Positions 44,241-52,974 of a stretch of 64,000 nt of DNA are shown here, one piece after another. Source of the DNA: Candidatus Cloacimonadales bacterium (GTDB taxonomy: Bacteria > Cloacimonadota > Cloacimonadia > Cloacimonadales > JAFGVF01); the NCBI GenBank assembly GCA_041672585.1, contig JBAYZI010000001.1, forward strand, positions 1,014-65,013. Direction: 5' to 3'. Each line of letters begins with the position of its first letter. The first letter of the stretch is position 1. The notes beneath the pieces are model-generated. The model was not told the DNA's origin. It saw only the letters and a program-made list of their open reading frames with translations, and did no database searches. A program made the translations under genes and the position numbers.

Positions 44241-46430
44241 ATGAAAACTAAACTTATTATTGCTTTGGCTCTTTTAAGTTTGTCGATCCTGTTTGCTCGA
44301 ACCGGAGTAACATACATTGAACAAGCTATGGGCTTCTTAGAGGGAGGATTTTGTAACGAAGCTGAAGTCATTATGACCAAAGCTATCGAGCAAAGTCCTA
44401 AAAATTACGAGAACTATTTAGTAATGTTTAAAGTACAGTTAGCTAAAGATAATATGTCAAAAGCTCATCAGAATTTAGACTACTATGTAAAAAACGCATC
44501 AGGAATAGATTATGATTATTACCAAGATCTACTATTCCTACTTGAAGATTCTGCAGTTAGAAAAGCCAAAGGACTTGCACAATATCAAATTGGTTTTCTT
44601 CCAACATATTTAAACAGTGAATATCCTGATTTTGCTCCTGTGCTTAGTAGTGATGGGAGTGAATTGTATTTTACTTCTGCAAGAGATAGTAAAACATTAA
44701 AAGAAAACATTTTTGTAAGCAAGAGAATCGGTGGCACTTGGGGAAAAGCAGCGCCAGTAAAAACTTTAAACTCTGATTATAATGTATCATTGAACTCTTT
44801 CTCAAATGATGGAGAGTGGGCTTATTTATTTGGTAATTATAATAATGAAAAAGGCAGAAATGACATTTATAGAGCTAAAAGAGTTCAATCTGCTTTTGCA
44901 AAACCTGAAAAGATTGTTGCACTCTCTTCTAAATATAGAGATGTACAGCCTTATGCTTTTGAAGATAGAGTTATGTTCTTCACCTCAGATAGACCTGGCT
45001 CATTGGGCGGTTTTGACATTTGGGTTTCGGAATATAACAACGGTTGGCAAGAACCTGTAAATCTCGGCTCTAAAATTAACACAATTCATGACGAACAATC
45101 ACCTTTCCTACACTGGGATGGTCAAACTCTATTCTTCGCTTCTAATGGTCATCCTTCCTTTGGTGGATTTGACATTTTTAAAGCTAAAAAGAATGGTAAA
45201 TCATGGACAGATTGGGAAACACCTGTTAACTTAGGTCCTGAAATTAATACTATCTATAATGAAAGACACTATTATGGTATAAATAACTCTAATGAGTTCT
45301 TTATTTCTTCAGACAGAAGAACAGGTAAAGGTGCTGAAGATATCTTTAAAGTAGTTATTCTTAATGAAGAGTACATGAATGGTGTTAGAGTTTATGGTGA
45401 AGTTGTAGATAATTATGGGAACCCTGTCTCTGCTGACATTAATTGGAAATACACTTTTGATAATAAAGAGATCTCTAAGGTTGCTCAGTCTAATCATAAA
45501 GGATATTATAATATATATTTACCTAAATTAGAAACAGTTTCCTTAATGATAGCAAAGCCTAACTATCAAACATATTCAAGTTCACTTAAAATTGATGAAG
45601 ATGCTAGTGAACTAATTCATGATATTCAAATTACTTTACTTGAAGAGAAGAATTATGTTATTGAAAACATCTACTTTGACTTCGATAAAGCTACTTTAAA
45701 AGAAGCTTCTTTTGAAAGCTTAGATAACTTAGCATCTACTATTCTTAATGCTCAAAATATTAACGTCTGTATTGTCGGTCATACTGATAACATTGGTAGT
45801 GCCAAGTATAATAAGAATCTCTCTGAGCAAAGAGCAAAGACTGTTTATCAATATTTAATGAATAAAAATATTGAGGCTGGTATTCTTCAATATAGAGGAG
45901 AAGGACAAGATTCTCCAAAAGTTCCTAATGATACTGAAGAGAACAGACAGCTTAATAGAAGAGTTGAATTTGGTGTAATGAAAACTGATAAACCGATTGT
46001 AACAGAAATTGAAACTCCTAAGGCATCTGAAACTCCTAAAACAACCGAAACTCCCAAGGTAACAGAACCAGTGGTGAAAGAAGTTGTTAAAGCGGTGGAA
46101 GTCGATAATTCTGCATTTTTAGACGAAGAGAGTGTAAGAGAGATTGTTCAACAATCCGAAAACTCCAAGATTCCATTCTTAAAAGAAGCTGAAATTAATA
46201 TTATCAAAAGTAGAATTCTAAAAATAGCAAATGATTATCAATTAGAAAGCAAAATACAAGTTCGTCTTGTAAATATTGATAGTAGGATTTTTGTAACAGC
46301 AGTTAATTTAGCTAATGGAAAAAAGAATGCCGATTTTGATAAAGAAGTTGGAAACTTACTTAATGGTTGGTTTATCCCCGGTGTTGAACTTACTGATTAT
46401 GTAGTTGAAGTCGATCCTTCACAACAATAA
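44241..46430 (+). CDS. OmpA-family protein with N-terminal TPR, TolB-like PD40 repeats, CarboxypepD_reg-like domain, and a C-terminal extension
   Basis: Signal peptide. Repeated PD40-type segments (DFAPVLSSDGSELYFTS, RVMFFTSDRPGSLGGFDIW, QTLFFASNGHPSFGGFDIF). OmpA_C core NIYFDFDKATL...GHTDNIGSAKYNKNLSEQRA...NRRVEF. Then ETPK repeats and about 130 further aa. Confidence 0.8.
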   Translation: MKTKLIIALALLSLSILFARTGVTYIEQAMGFLEGGFCNEAEVIMTKAIEQSPKNYENYLVMFKVQLAKDNMSKAHQNLDYYVKNASGIDYDYYQDLLFLLEDSAVRKAKGLAQYQIGFLPTYLNSEYPDFAPVLSSDGSELYFTSARDSKTLKENIFVSKRIGGTWGKAAPVKTLNSDYNVSLNSFSNDGEWAYLFGNYNNEKGRNDIYRAKRVQSAFAKPEKIVALSSKYRDVQPYAFEDRVMFFTSDRPGSLGGFDIWVSEYNNGWQEPVNLGSKINTIHDEQSPFLHWDGQTLFFASNGHPSFGGFDIFKAKKNGKSWTDWETPVNLGPEINTIYNERHYYGINNSNEFFISSDRRTGKGAEDIFKVVILNEEYMNGVRVYGEVVDNYGNPVSADINWKYTFDNKEISKVAQSNHKGYYNIYLPKLETVSLMIAKPNYQTYSSSLKIDEDASELIHDIQITLLEEKNYVIENIYFDFDKATLKEASFESLDNLASTILNAQNINVCIVGHTDNIGSAKYNKNLSEQRAKTVYQYLMNKNIEAGILQYRGEGQDSPKVPNDTEENRQLNRRVEFGVMKTDKPIVTEIETPKASETPKTTETPKVTEPVVKEVVKAVEVDNSAFLDEESVREIVQQSENSKIPFLKEAEINIIKSRILKIANDYQLESKIQVRLVNIDSRIFVTAVNLANGKKNADFDKEVGNLLNGWFIPGVELTDYVVEVDPSQQ

Positions 46431-46451
46431 AAGATTAATTAGTTATATAAT

Positions 46452-46479
46452 AGCCCTTTCTTAACGAGAGGGCTTTTTT
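46452..46479 (+). terminator. rho-independent terminator after the OmpA-family gene
   Basis: AGCCCTTTC-ttaac-GAGAGGGCT followed by TTTTTT. Confidence 0.65.
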
Positions 46480-46485
46480 GATTAA

Positions 46486-46746
46486 ATCCCCAAAGGGGAT
46501 AAGTAGTTTAGCCCGGGGTCTCATTTTGCCTTCAAGCAAAATTGACCCTGGGTATATTATCTAAAAAATAAAAGAACCCTGAAAGGGTGAAATAGATTAT
46601 AACGGATCCTGACTGACATCAATCAACTATTTAAATCTATTGATCCCTTTCAGGGATATGTTTATCTTAGGGATTCTATACCCGGGGTTAATCCTTGAAA
46701 TACAAGGATTCAACCACCGGGCTAAACTACTGATCCCTAAAGGGAT
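46486..46746. repeat. 261-bp composite palindrome made of two inverted copies of a structured repeat unit (family B)
   Basis: Each arm carries the same ordered modules. They are ATCCCnAAAGGGAT, then AGTAGTTTAGCCCGG, then an outer stem (CCCGGGGTC/GACCCTGGG-type) around a variable inner hairpin, then a CCCTGAAAGGG hairpin, then AATAGATT. A third unit lies at 57771-57845. Confidence 0.85.
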
Positions 46747-46787
46747 ACAACCTATCTTTACCATTTAACCTAAAGTTGAGCAGTTAA

Positions 46788-49055
46788 CTAACATTTTGAC
46801 CAACCACAAGCTTGGCACTTTAAGCATCCTTCTTCATGGTACACTGTTGAGCCACATTCCGGACAAGTCTTAATTGAAGTAGTAGATTGTGGGTTCTGGT
46901 GCAAGTCCGAACTCTTTTCACCTTCCAAATTAAATTCTACATGGGTGATATCATGAGTCTCTTTTAATTCAACAAACTTTTGAAGAGCTGTAGCAACAGA
47001 GTCTGAACAAGAAGTGATAAGTTTGCCCTTGTACCACATAGGGGAAGGACAACGAATACCCTTGAGCTGTCTGATAATAGACTCCATATCAATATCTGCA
47101 CGCAGAGCTAGCGAGATTAGACGTGCTTGAGCTTCTAATTGAGCTGAAGCACAGCCACCAACCTTACCCATTTGGATAAACACCTCACAAGCTCCGTGTG
47201 AATCAGAGTTAATTGTGATATACATATGCCCACAACCGGTCTCTATCTTTTGAGTTATACCACTGGTTATTTCCGGACGAATTCGTGGGGAACGTTTAAC
47301 TGTAGGAACTTCTTTCTCTTCATTAATCTTCTTGCCTACATTTAGGACTTGGAACTGACGCGACCCATCACGATAGACAGTTACACCTTTGCAACCTGTC
47401 TCATAAGCTAATTCATAAGCCATTTTAATATCTTCAGTGGTAGCATCATTCTTAAAGTTAATAGTTTTAGAAACAGCATTATCTGTATATTCTTGGAAAG
47501 CAGCCTGCATTCTGATGTGCCATTCTGGAGAGATATCATGAGAAGTAACAAAGACATCTTTTATCTTTTGCGGAATTTCAGCTAAATGAGTTAATCCACC
47601 AGCCTCTGAAATTTTTTCCATCAGTTCTTCACTATAAATACCTGCTTGTTCTAATCTTTGCTTCAAATGCTTATTTACATAGATTAGCTTTTCGCCATCC
47701 ATGACATACTTAACATAGACAAGTGAGAATTGAGGCTCTATGCCACTGGAAGTATCAGCAATCATAGATATTGTGCCTGTAGGAGCAATTGTGGTTACAG
47801 TTGCGTTTCTCATCCCGTTTTGTCTAATAGCACCTTTCAACTTACTCCAGTCAAACTTATTATCTCTTCTAATTAGAGTAGCATTATCATAAATACTACC
47901 TATAAAGTTAGGGAAAGAACCTTGAGCTTGGGCTAATTCCATTGATCTTACTTTACCATGATAATCTATAAACTCCATAATCTCAGCGGCAAATTCTATA
48001 GCCTGATCACTGTTGTAAGGGATATTCATTTGATAAAGCAGGTCAGCCCAACCCATCACACCAAGCCCGATTTTACGGTTAGCTTTAACCATTTCATCGA
48101 TTTCGGGAAGAGGGAAGTCTGAAACATTAATCACATCATCTAAGAAATCCACAGAATCATAAATAACCTGTTTAAGCTCATCCCACTTAAATCCGTCAGG
48201 GGAGTAGAAGTTATCTAAGTTAATAGAACCGAGGTTACAAGCTTCATTTGGCAATAAAGGTTGCTCTCCACACGGGTTGGTTGATTCTATTTCACCAATA
48301 TGAGGGGTGGGGTTATGTTTATTGATTCTATCTAAAAAGACAATACCGGGTTCACCGTTTTTATGAGCTTTATCTACAATTAGAGAAAATATATCTTTAG
48401 CTTTGAGAGTCTCTTTAATCTGGTGATCGTGAGGAGAGATCAGCGGGAAGTCATCGTTGTTTTTCACAGCTTTCATGAAGTCTTCAGTAACTCCGACCGA
48501 TAAGTTAAAGTTATTAAGCTCGGTGGTATCTTCTTTACAGGTGATGAAGTCTAATATCTGAGGATGCTGAACACTCAAGATTGCCATATTAGCACCTCTT
48601 CTTGTTCCGCCCTGTTTTACAGCATCAGTTGCACTGTTAAAGACTTTTAAGAAACTGATAGGTCCTGAGGAAACACCATTAGTAGAGCGAACGCGGGCAT
48701 TAGTTTCTCTTAGTTTACTAAATGAGAAGCCTGTACCACCGCCACTTTTATGAATCATCGCAGCATTCTTGATAGTAGTGAATATTCCTTCCATACTATC
48801 TTCTAAAGGAAGTACAAAACAGGCAGAAAGCTGTTGTAAATCATTTCCTGCATTCATCAAAGTTGGAGAATTTGGGAGAAAATCACCTGAATCCAACAAC
48901 TTATAATATCTATCATATTTATCTTTATCACCTTGTGAAATGTTATTTACGACTCTATCAATCAGTTTATCCCAATTCTCAATTATCTTGCCTTCACTAT
49001 CTTTCTTGTAGTATCTTTTTTCTAAAACTACTTTCGCATTATCTGTTAATTTCAT
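46788..49055 (-). CDS. nrdJ: adenosylcobalamin-dependent ribonucleotide reductase (class II)
   Basis: 755 aa. Catalytic region [22 protein letters not shown] and C-terminal zinc ribbon CPECG...CLKCQACG. Confidence 0.85.
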   Translation of the reverse strand: MKLTDNAKVVLEKRYYKKDSEGKIIENWDKLIDRVVNNISQGDKDKYDRYYKLLDSGDFLPNSPTLMNAGNDLQQLSACFVLPLEDSMEGIFTTIKNAAMIHKSGGGTGFSFSKLRETNARVRSTNGVSSGPISFLKVFNSATDAVKQGGTRRGANMAILSVQHPQILDFITCKEDTTELNNFNLSVGVTEDFMKAVKNNDDFPLISPHDHQIKETLKAKDIFSLIVDKAHKNGEPGIVFLDRINKHNPTPHIGEIESTNPCGEQPLLPNEACNLGSINLDNFYSPDGFKWDELKQVIYDSVDFLDDVINVSDFPLPEIDEMVKANRKIGLGVMGWADLLYQMNIPYNSDQAIEFAAEIMEFIDYHGKVRSMELAQAQGSFPNFIGSIYDNATLIRRDNKFDWSKLKGAIRQNGMRNATVTTIAPTGTISMIADTSSGIEPQFSLVYVKYVMDGEKLIYVNKHLKQRLEQAGIYSEELMEKISEAGGLTHLAEIPQKIKDVFVTSHDISPEWHIRMQAAFQEYTDNAVSKTINFKNDATTEDIKMAYELAYETGCKGVTVYRDGSRQFQVLNVGKKINEEKEVPTVKRSPRIRPEITSGITQKIETGCGHMYITINSDSHGACEVFIQMGKVGGCASAQLEAQARLISLALRADIDMESIIRQLKGIRCPSPMWYKGKLITSCSDSVATALQKFVELKETHDITHVEFNLEGEKSSDLHQNPQSTTSIKTCPECGSTVYHEEGCLKCQACGWSKC

Positions 49056-49082
49056 ATATATTCCTCTTTCTTTTAATTAAAT

Positions 49083-50564
49083 TTATTTTATTTCTAAGTT
49101 ATCAGCTGAATTACTTTTCTTTGTTTTATTAATCCAAAATTCATAAAGGTCATCGATTGAGCAGACCCAGCCGTTATTCTTCTTCGCGTATCTTATTAAA
49201 AACCAATAGAGCCAGCCCCATCCGGGGTAATCAATCTTATCGAAAGTACTGTTATGCCATAATATTGAAATATGGGAGCGGAACTTTCTTGCCCTGATAA
49301 TTAACTTGGCTAAACGGTAAGAAGCGGTGAAAGGGTTAAGCTGCATTCCTGCTTCGGAAATAAGAGTAGTATCCATCACAACCAAGGGGATTTCTAAAGT
49401 CTCAAAGGGTCTATCATTCTCTATATCATAGGGATAGAAAGGAAAAGATATTCCTGCTCTAAAACCGATGTGTTCCCAATACCCTAGAGAAGAATCATAT
49501 TTAACCTTCATTTTATCCAAAGTGTCAAAAGTTATCCTATATTCAAAAGATAATTTATGAGATCTATAGCCGAGGGGTTGAGGGAAAAGTTTATTTAGTT
49601 TCTCTAGCTCCTTCTTAGTCTCTTTGATGTAATATGCAGATTCAGGCGAGCCATGCAAGCCTACATCAGAGGAGATAAAGACTTTTTTGAGTTGTTCTCT
49701 ATATTTATCATTAGCAAAATATGCTCTTCTGGCATCATCGGAAATATCCTGAACTAAGATGAAATTAGTACTTCTTACTTGTTCTTTTTGCTCTTTTCTC
49801 AATATCTTATGCATTGCTCGCACAGGAGAAAATTGCTTTTTAGTGAGAAAGTGTCCCATTATTTTGTATAAAGATTTTATCGGGGTATTTTTAAATCTAC
49901 TCTTGTTATACTTCATGATCTCAGAAAAGTGTTCTTTACTCCACACATCCCAATAGTCGATATCATGAGAAAGTGACATGGAAAAACTCTTATCATGCTT
50001 CCACTTGAACCCTTTTTCATAGTTAGGTAAGCTTATTTCCAAGATGTTATCCAGAATGTCACAATAGGCATCAACAACCGGAACCTCTGTAAAATCCCAT
50101 TTATACTGCATAGATTTTTTAAATCTAAACCTATTGTCAGGATTACTAATCTTTTTATTAATATGCTCTTTCCAACATGATAAGAAGTAAAACCCGGAAG
50201 CAATAATATCTTTGTTGATTCTTACGGTCTTTTCTCCGATAGAATAAATACTACCGGGAGCTGAAAAGAAGAAGGGAATCTTCTCATTTTTATAGTTATT
50301 GAATCTAACTTTAAACTGAGGATAGAACTTATCATCTAAGAAAAAGTCATTAGCTCCATGGTTATATTTTATCGTTAAGGGATAACTGTTATTTAGGTTA
50401 CTTCCATAATAAATATCAACATGTTTGCGCGTTGTTCCATAATAGAAAGTAGGAATTAATTCGAGAATATAGCAGTAGGTTCTAAACACATACTCTGCTT
50501 TATTATAAAATTCTTTTTCTACATCTAAGAGAATACTAACTTCTTCAACTATAAAATCTCTCAT
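49083..50564 (-). CDS. hypothetical protein, possibly polysaccharide-deacetylase-fold
   Basis: 493 aa with no signal peptide. SLSHDIDYW and GLHGSPESAY segments resemble deacetylase-type metal and acid motifs. The assignment is weak. Confidence 0.35.
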   Translation of the reverse strand: MRDFIVEEVSILLDVEKEFYNKAEYVFRTYCYILELIPTFYYGTTRKHVDIYYGSNLNNSYPLTIKYNHGANDFFLDDKFYPQFKVRFNNYKNEKIPFFFSAPGSIYSIGEKTVRINKDIIASGFYFLSCWKEHINKKISNPDNRFRFKKSMQYKWDFTEVPVVDAYCDILDNILEISLPNYEKGFKWKHDKSFSMSLSHDIDYWDVWSKEHFSEIMKYNKSRFKNTPIKSLYKIMGHFLTKKQFSPVRAMHKILRKEQKEQVRSTNFILVQDISDDARRAYFANDKYREQLKKVFISSDVGLHGSPESAYYIKETKKELEKLNKLFPQPLGYRSHKLSFEYRITFDTLDKMKVKYDSSLGYWEHIGFRAGISFPFYPYDIENDRPFETLEIPLVVMDTTLISEAGMQLNPFTASYRLAKLIIRARKFRSHISILWHNSTFDKIDYPGWGWLYWFLIRYAKKNNGWVCSIDDLYEFWINKTKKSNSADNLEIK

Positions 50565-50615
50565 TATTTCCTTTCTAAACTTAGATTAAAAGAGTAATTT
50601 AACTTCAATAATATA

Positions 50616-52931
50616 TTAGTCTATGAGCATCTTTTTAAGAATCTCATCAACATTTTTCACAAACTCTATCTTCATACCCGATTTAATATAATCAGGTAAC
50701 TCTTCAATACTATCTTGATTTTCTGCAGGTACCATTACTTGATTAATCCCGGCACGCTTGGCAGCTAAGATTTTCTCGCGGAGTCCACCTATAGGCAAAA
50801 CTTTTCCATGAAGTGTAATTTCGCCTGTCATAGCAATATCATGTTTAACTTTTTTATTCATTAAGACAGAAGCAATGGAGGTTGTTAAGGTTACTCCGGC
50901 AGAAGGACCATCCTTAGGGATAGCTCCTGCAGGGAAGTGAATATGCAAAGAGTTTTCCGTAAATAACTCGGGTGCAATCTTATATTTCTTATGATTCGCG
51001 TGTAAGTAGCTAACAGCTATCTGTGCCGACTCTTGCATCACCTTACCTAACTGTCCGGTAAGCTTAATTGTGCCTTTACCTGGCATCTGAATAGCCTCAC
51101 AGAAGAGTATTTCACCACCAAAGCTAGTCCAAGCCAAGCCGGTAGTTATCCCAATTTCAGGTTTTCTGTTTTTCAACTCTGTAGAGAATTTTCGATAACC
51201 CAGAAACTCTTTGATATTCTTGTCAGTTACTGTTACTAACTCTTCATTTCCTTCTGCAACCTTGCGGGCTATCTTCCTCATGACAGTCCCAATAGTGCGT
51301 TGTAGAGACCTTACTCCGGCTTCGCTAACATAATATCTGATTATTTCTTGAACAGCAGATTTTGTCATTTTGACATGCTTCTTGCTAAGACCATTATTAA
51401 TAATCTCTTTGGGAATGAGATATCTTCTGGCAATCTCAACTTTCTCCTCTTCAATATAACTGGAGAAATCGATTATTTCCATTCTGTCCAGCAAAGGGTG
51501 AGGAATAGAACCTAAAGAGTTAGCAGTAGTGATGAACATTACGTCAGAGAGATCGTAAGGAAGATCGACATAGTGATCAACAAAGGAGAAGTTCTGTTCA
51601 GGATCTAAAACTTCTAAGAGGGCAGAAGCGGGATCTCCACGAAAATCGCTTCCCAACTTGTCTATTTCATCTAACATAAAGACAGGATTAGACGAGCCTG
51701 CGCGTTTTAGCTCATTAATAATCTTACCTGGCATAGCTCCGATATATGTTCTTCTATGACCTCTAATCTCGGCTTCATCATGAACACCACCCAGGGACAT
51801 TCTGATAAAGTTCTTATTTAAAGCACGTGCAACAGATTTACCAATGGAGGTTTTACCTACCCCGGGAGGTCCTGTAAAGCACAAGATAGGACTTTTAGCT
51901 TCTTGTCTAAGCTTTTTAACAGCAATGAATTCAATGATTCTCTCTTTGGCTTTTTCTAAACCATAATGATCTTTGGTGAGAATTTTCTCTATTTTTACTA
52001 AATCATAATTATCTTTTGTCTTTTTACTCCAGGGAATATTAACTATCCACTCTAAGTAATTACGAATCACGCTATATTCACTGGAAGCCGGTTGCATAGT
52101 TTTCATTTTAGCCAGCTCTTCTTCAGCAGCCACAAGCACATAATCAGGAAGCTTAGCTTTGGCTATTTTCTCTTCCCAATTCTCTATCTCTTGCTCAACT
52201 TCATCAAACTCGCCCAGCTCTTTTCTAATTGCTGAGAGCTGTTCGCGGAGGTAATATTTCCGCTGATCTTCAGAAATCTCTAATTCAACATTACTTCTGA
52301 TTCTATTCTCTAATTGAAGCTGTTTAATCAAGGCAGCCAGATATTTATTGAGCTTTTCTAATCTGAATACTAAGTCCATGGTTGAGAGAATGTCTTGTTT
52401 TTCTAAAGTTCGGATATCAGTATTTTCAGCTATTAAGTCAGCTACTCTGCTTGTTTGTGGAATCTGTTTAATAGAAGGCAAAAACTCTTTGCCCGGCATA
52501 TTGCTCTCAATAGCGACTGTTTCTAATAACTCTAAAGCTATTTTTCTAAAGGCACGAATCTTAGGTGTATCATCAGTTCTTTCTACCAGCGACTCCACTT
52601 CCACCATAAGAATTGGCTCATGTTGAATTATTTTCTCAATTCTAATACGTGAATTCCCTTGTAAAAGAACAGATAAGGATCCATCTTTATTTCGCACCAT
52701 CTTGATAATTGACGCAGCTGTGCCATACTCATAAACTTCAATATCATCATCTTCCTGGTACTCTTTTTGTAAGAATAACCCAATTGATTTATCATGACTT
52801 AAAGCATAATCAATCACGGCTATCCTTTCTGGCTCTGCTACTATCAGTGGCATTATCATAAAAGGAAACAATACTAAATTAGGATTTACCAAAACAGGTA
52901 AAGTCCGCGGAATTTTATTTTCATCTTGCAT
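50616..52931 (-). CDS. lon: ATP-dependent Lon protease (endopeptidase La)
   Basis: LON N-domain, Walker [10 protein letters not shown] and protease Ser motif KDGPSAGV. Confidence 0.95.
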   Translation of the reverse strand: MQDENKIPRTLPVLVNPNLVLFPFMIMPLIVAEPERIAVIDYALSHDKSIGLFLQKEYQEDDDIEVYEYGTAASIIKMVRNKDGSLSVLLQGNSRIRIEKIIQHEPILMVEVESLVERTDDTPKIRAFRKIALELLETVAIESNMPGKEFLPSIKQIPQTSRVADLIAENTDIRTLEKQDILSTMDLVFRLEKLNKYLAALIKQLQLENRIRSNVELEISEDQRKYYLREQLSAIRKELGEFDEVEQEIENWEEKIAKAKLPDYVLVAAEEELAKMKTMQPASSEYSVIRNYLEWIVNIPWSKKTKDNYDLVKIEKILTKDHYGLEKAKERIIEFIAVKKLRQEAKSPILCFTGPPGVGKTSIGKSVARALNKNFIRMSLGGVHDEAEIRGHRRTYIGAMPGKIINELKRAGSSNPVFMLDEIDKLGSDFRGDPASALLEVLDPEQNFSFVDHYVDLPYDLSDVMFITTANSLGSIPHPLLDRMEIIDFSSYIEEEKVEIARRYLIPKEIINNGLSKKHVKMTKSAVQEIIRYYVSEAGVRSLQRTIGTVMRKIARKVAEGNEELVTVTDKNIKEFLGYRKFSTELKNRKPEIGITTGLAWTSFGGEILFCEAIQMPGKGTIKLTGQLGKVMQESAQIAVSYLHANHKKYKIAPELFTENSLHIHFPAGAIPKDGPSAGVTLTTSIASVLMNKKVKHDIAMTGEITLHGKVLPIGGLREKILAAKRAGINQVMVPAENQDSIEELPDYIKSGMKIEFVKNVDEILKKMLID

Positions 52932-52974
52932 AGATAATCCCCTTTAAGCTAAAATTCTAAATTATATTCTATCA

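Noticed and set aside
43105-44380. Minus-strand ORFs 43105-43335, 43549-43863 and 44111-44380
   Set aside because: They are antisense to, or straddle, the well-supported barrel gene and the hairpin-rich gaps, and they have no RBS.
46486-46746. CRISPR array or IS/MITE interpretation of the palindromic repeat
   Set aside because: The copies are inverted, not direct, and there is no regular repeat-spacer periodicity. No cas genes, transposase or obvious target-site duplication are visible in the window. The MITE possibility is left open in the findings.
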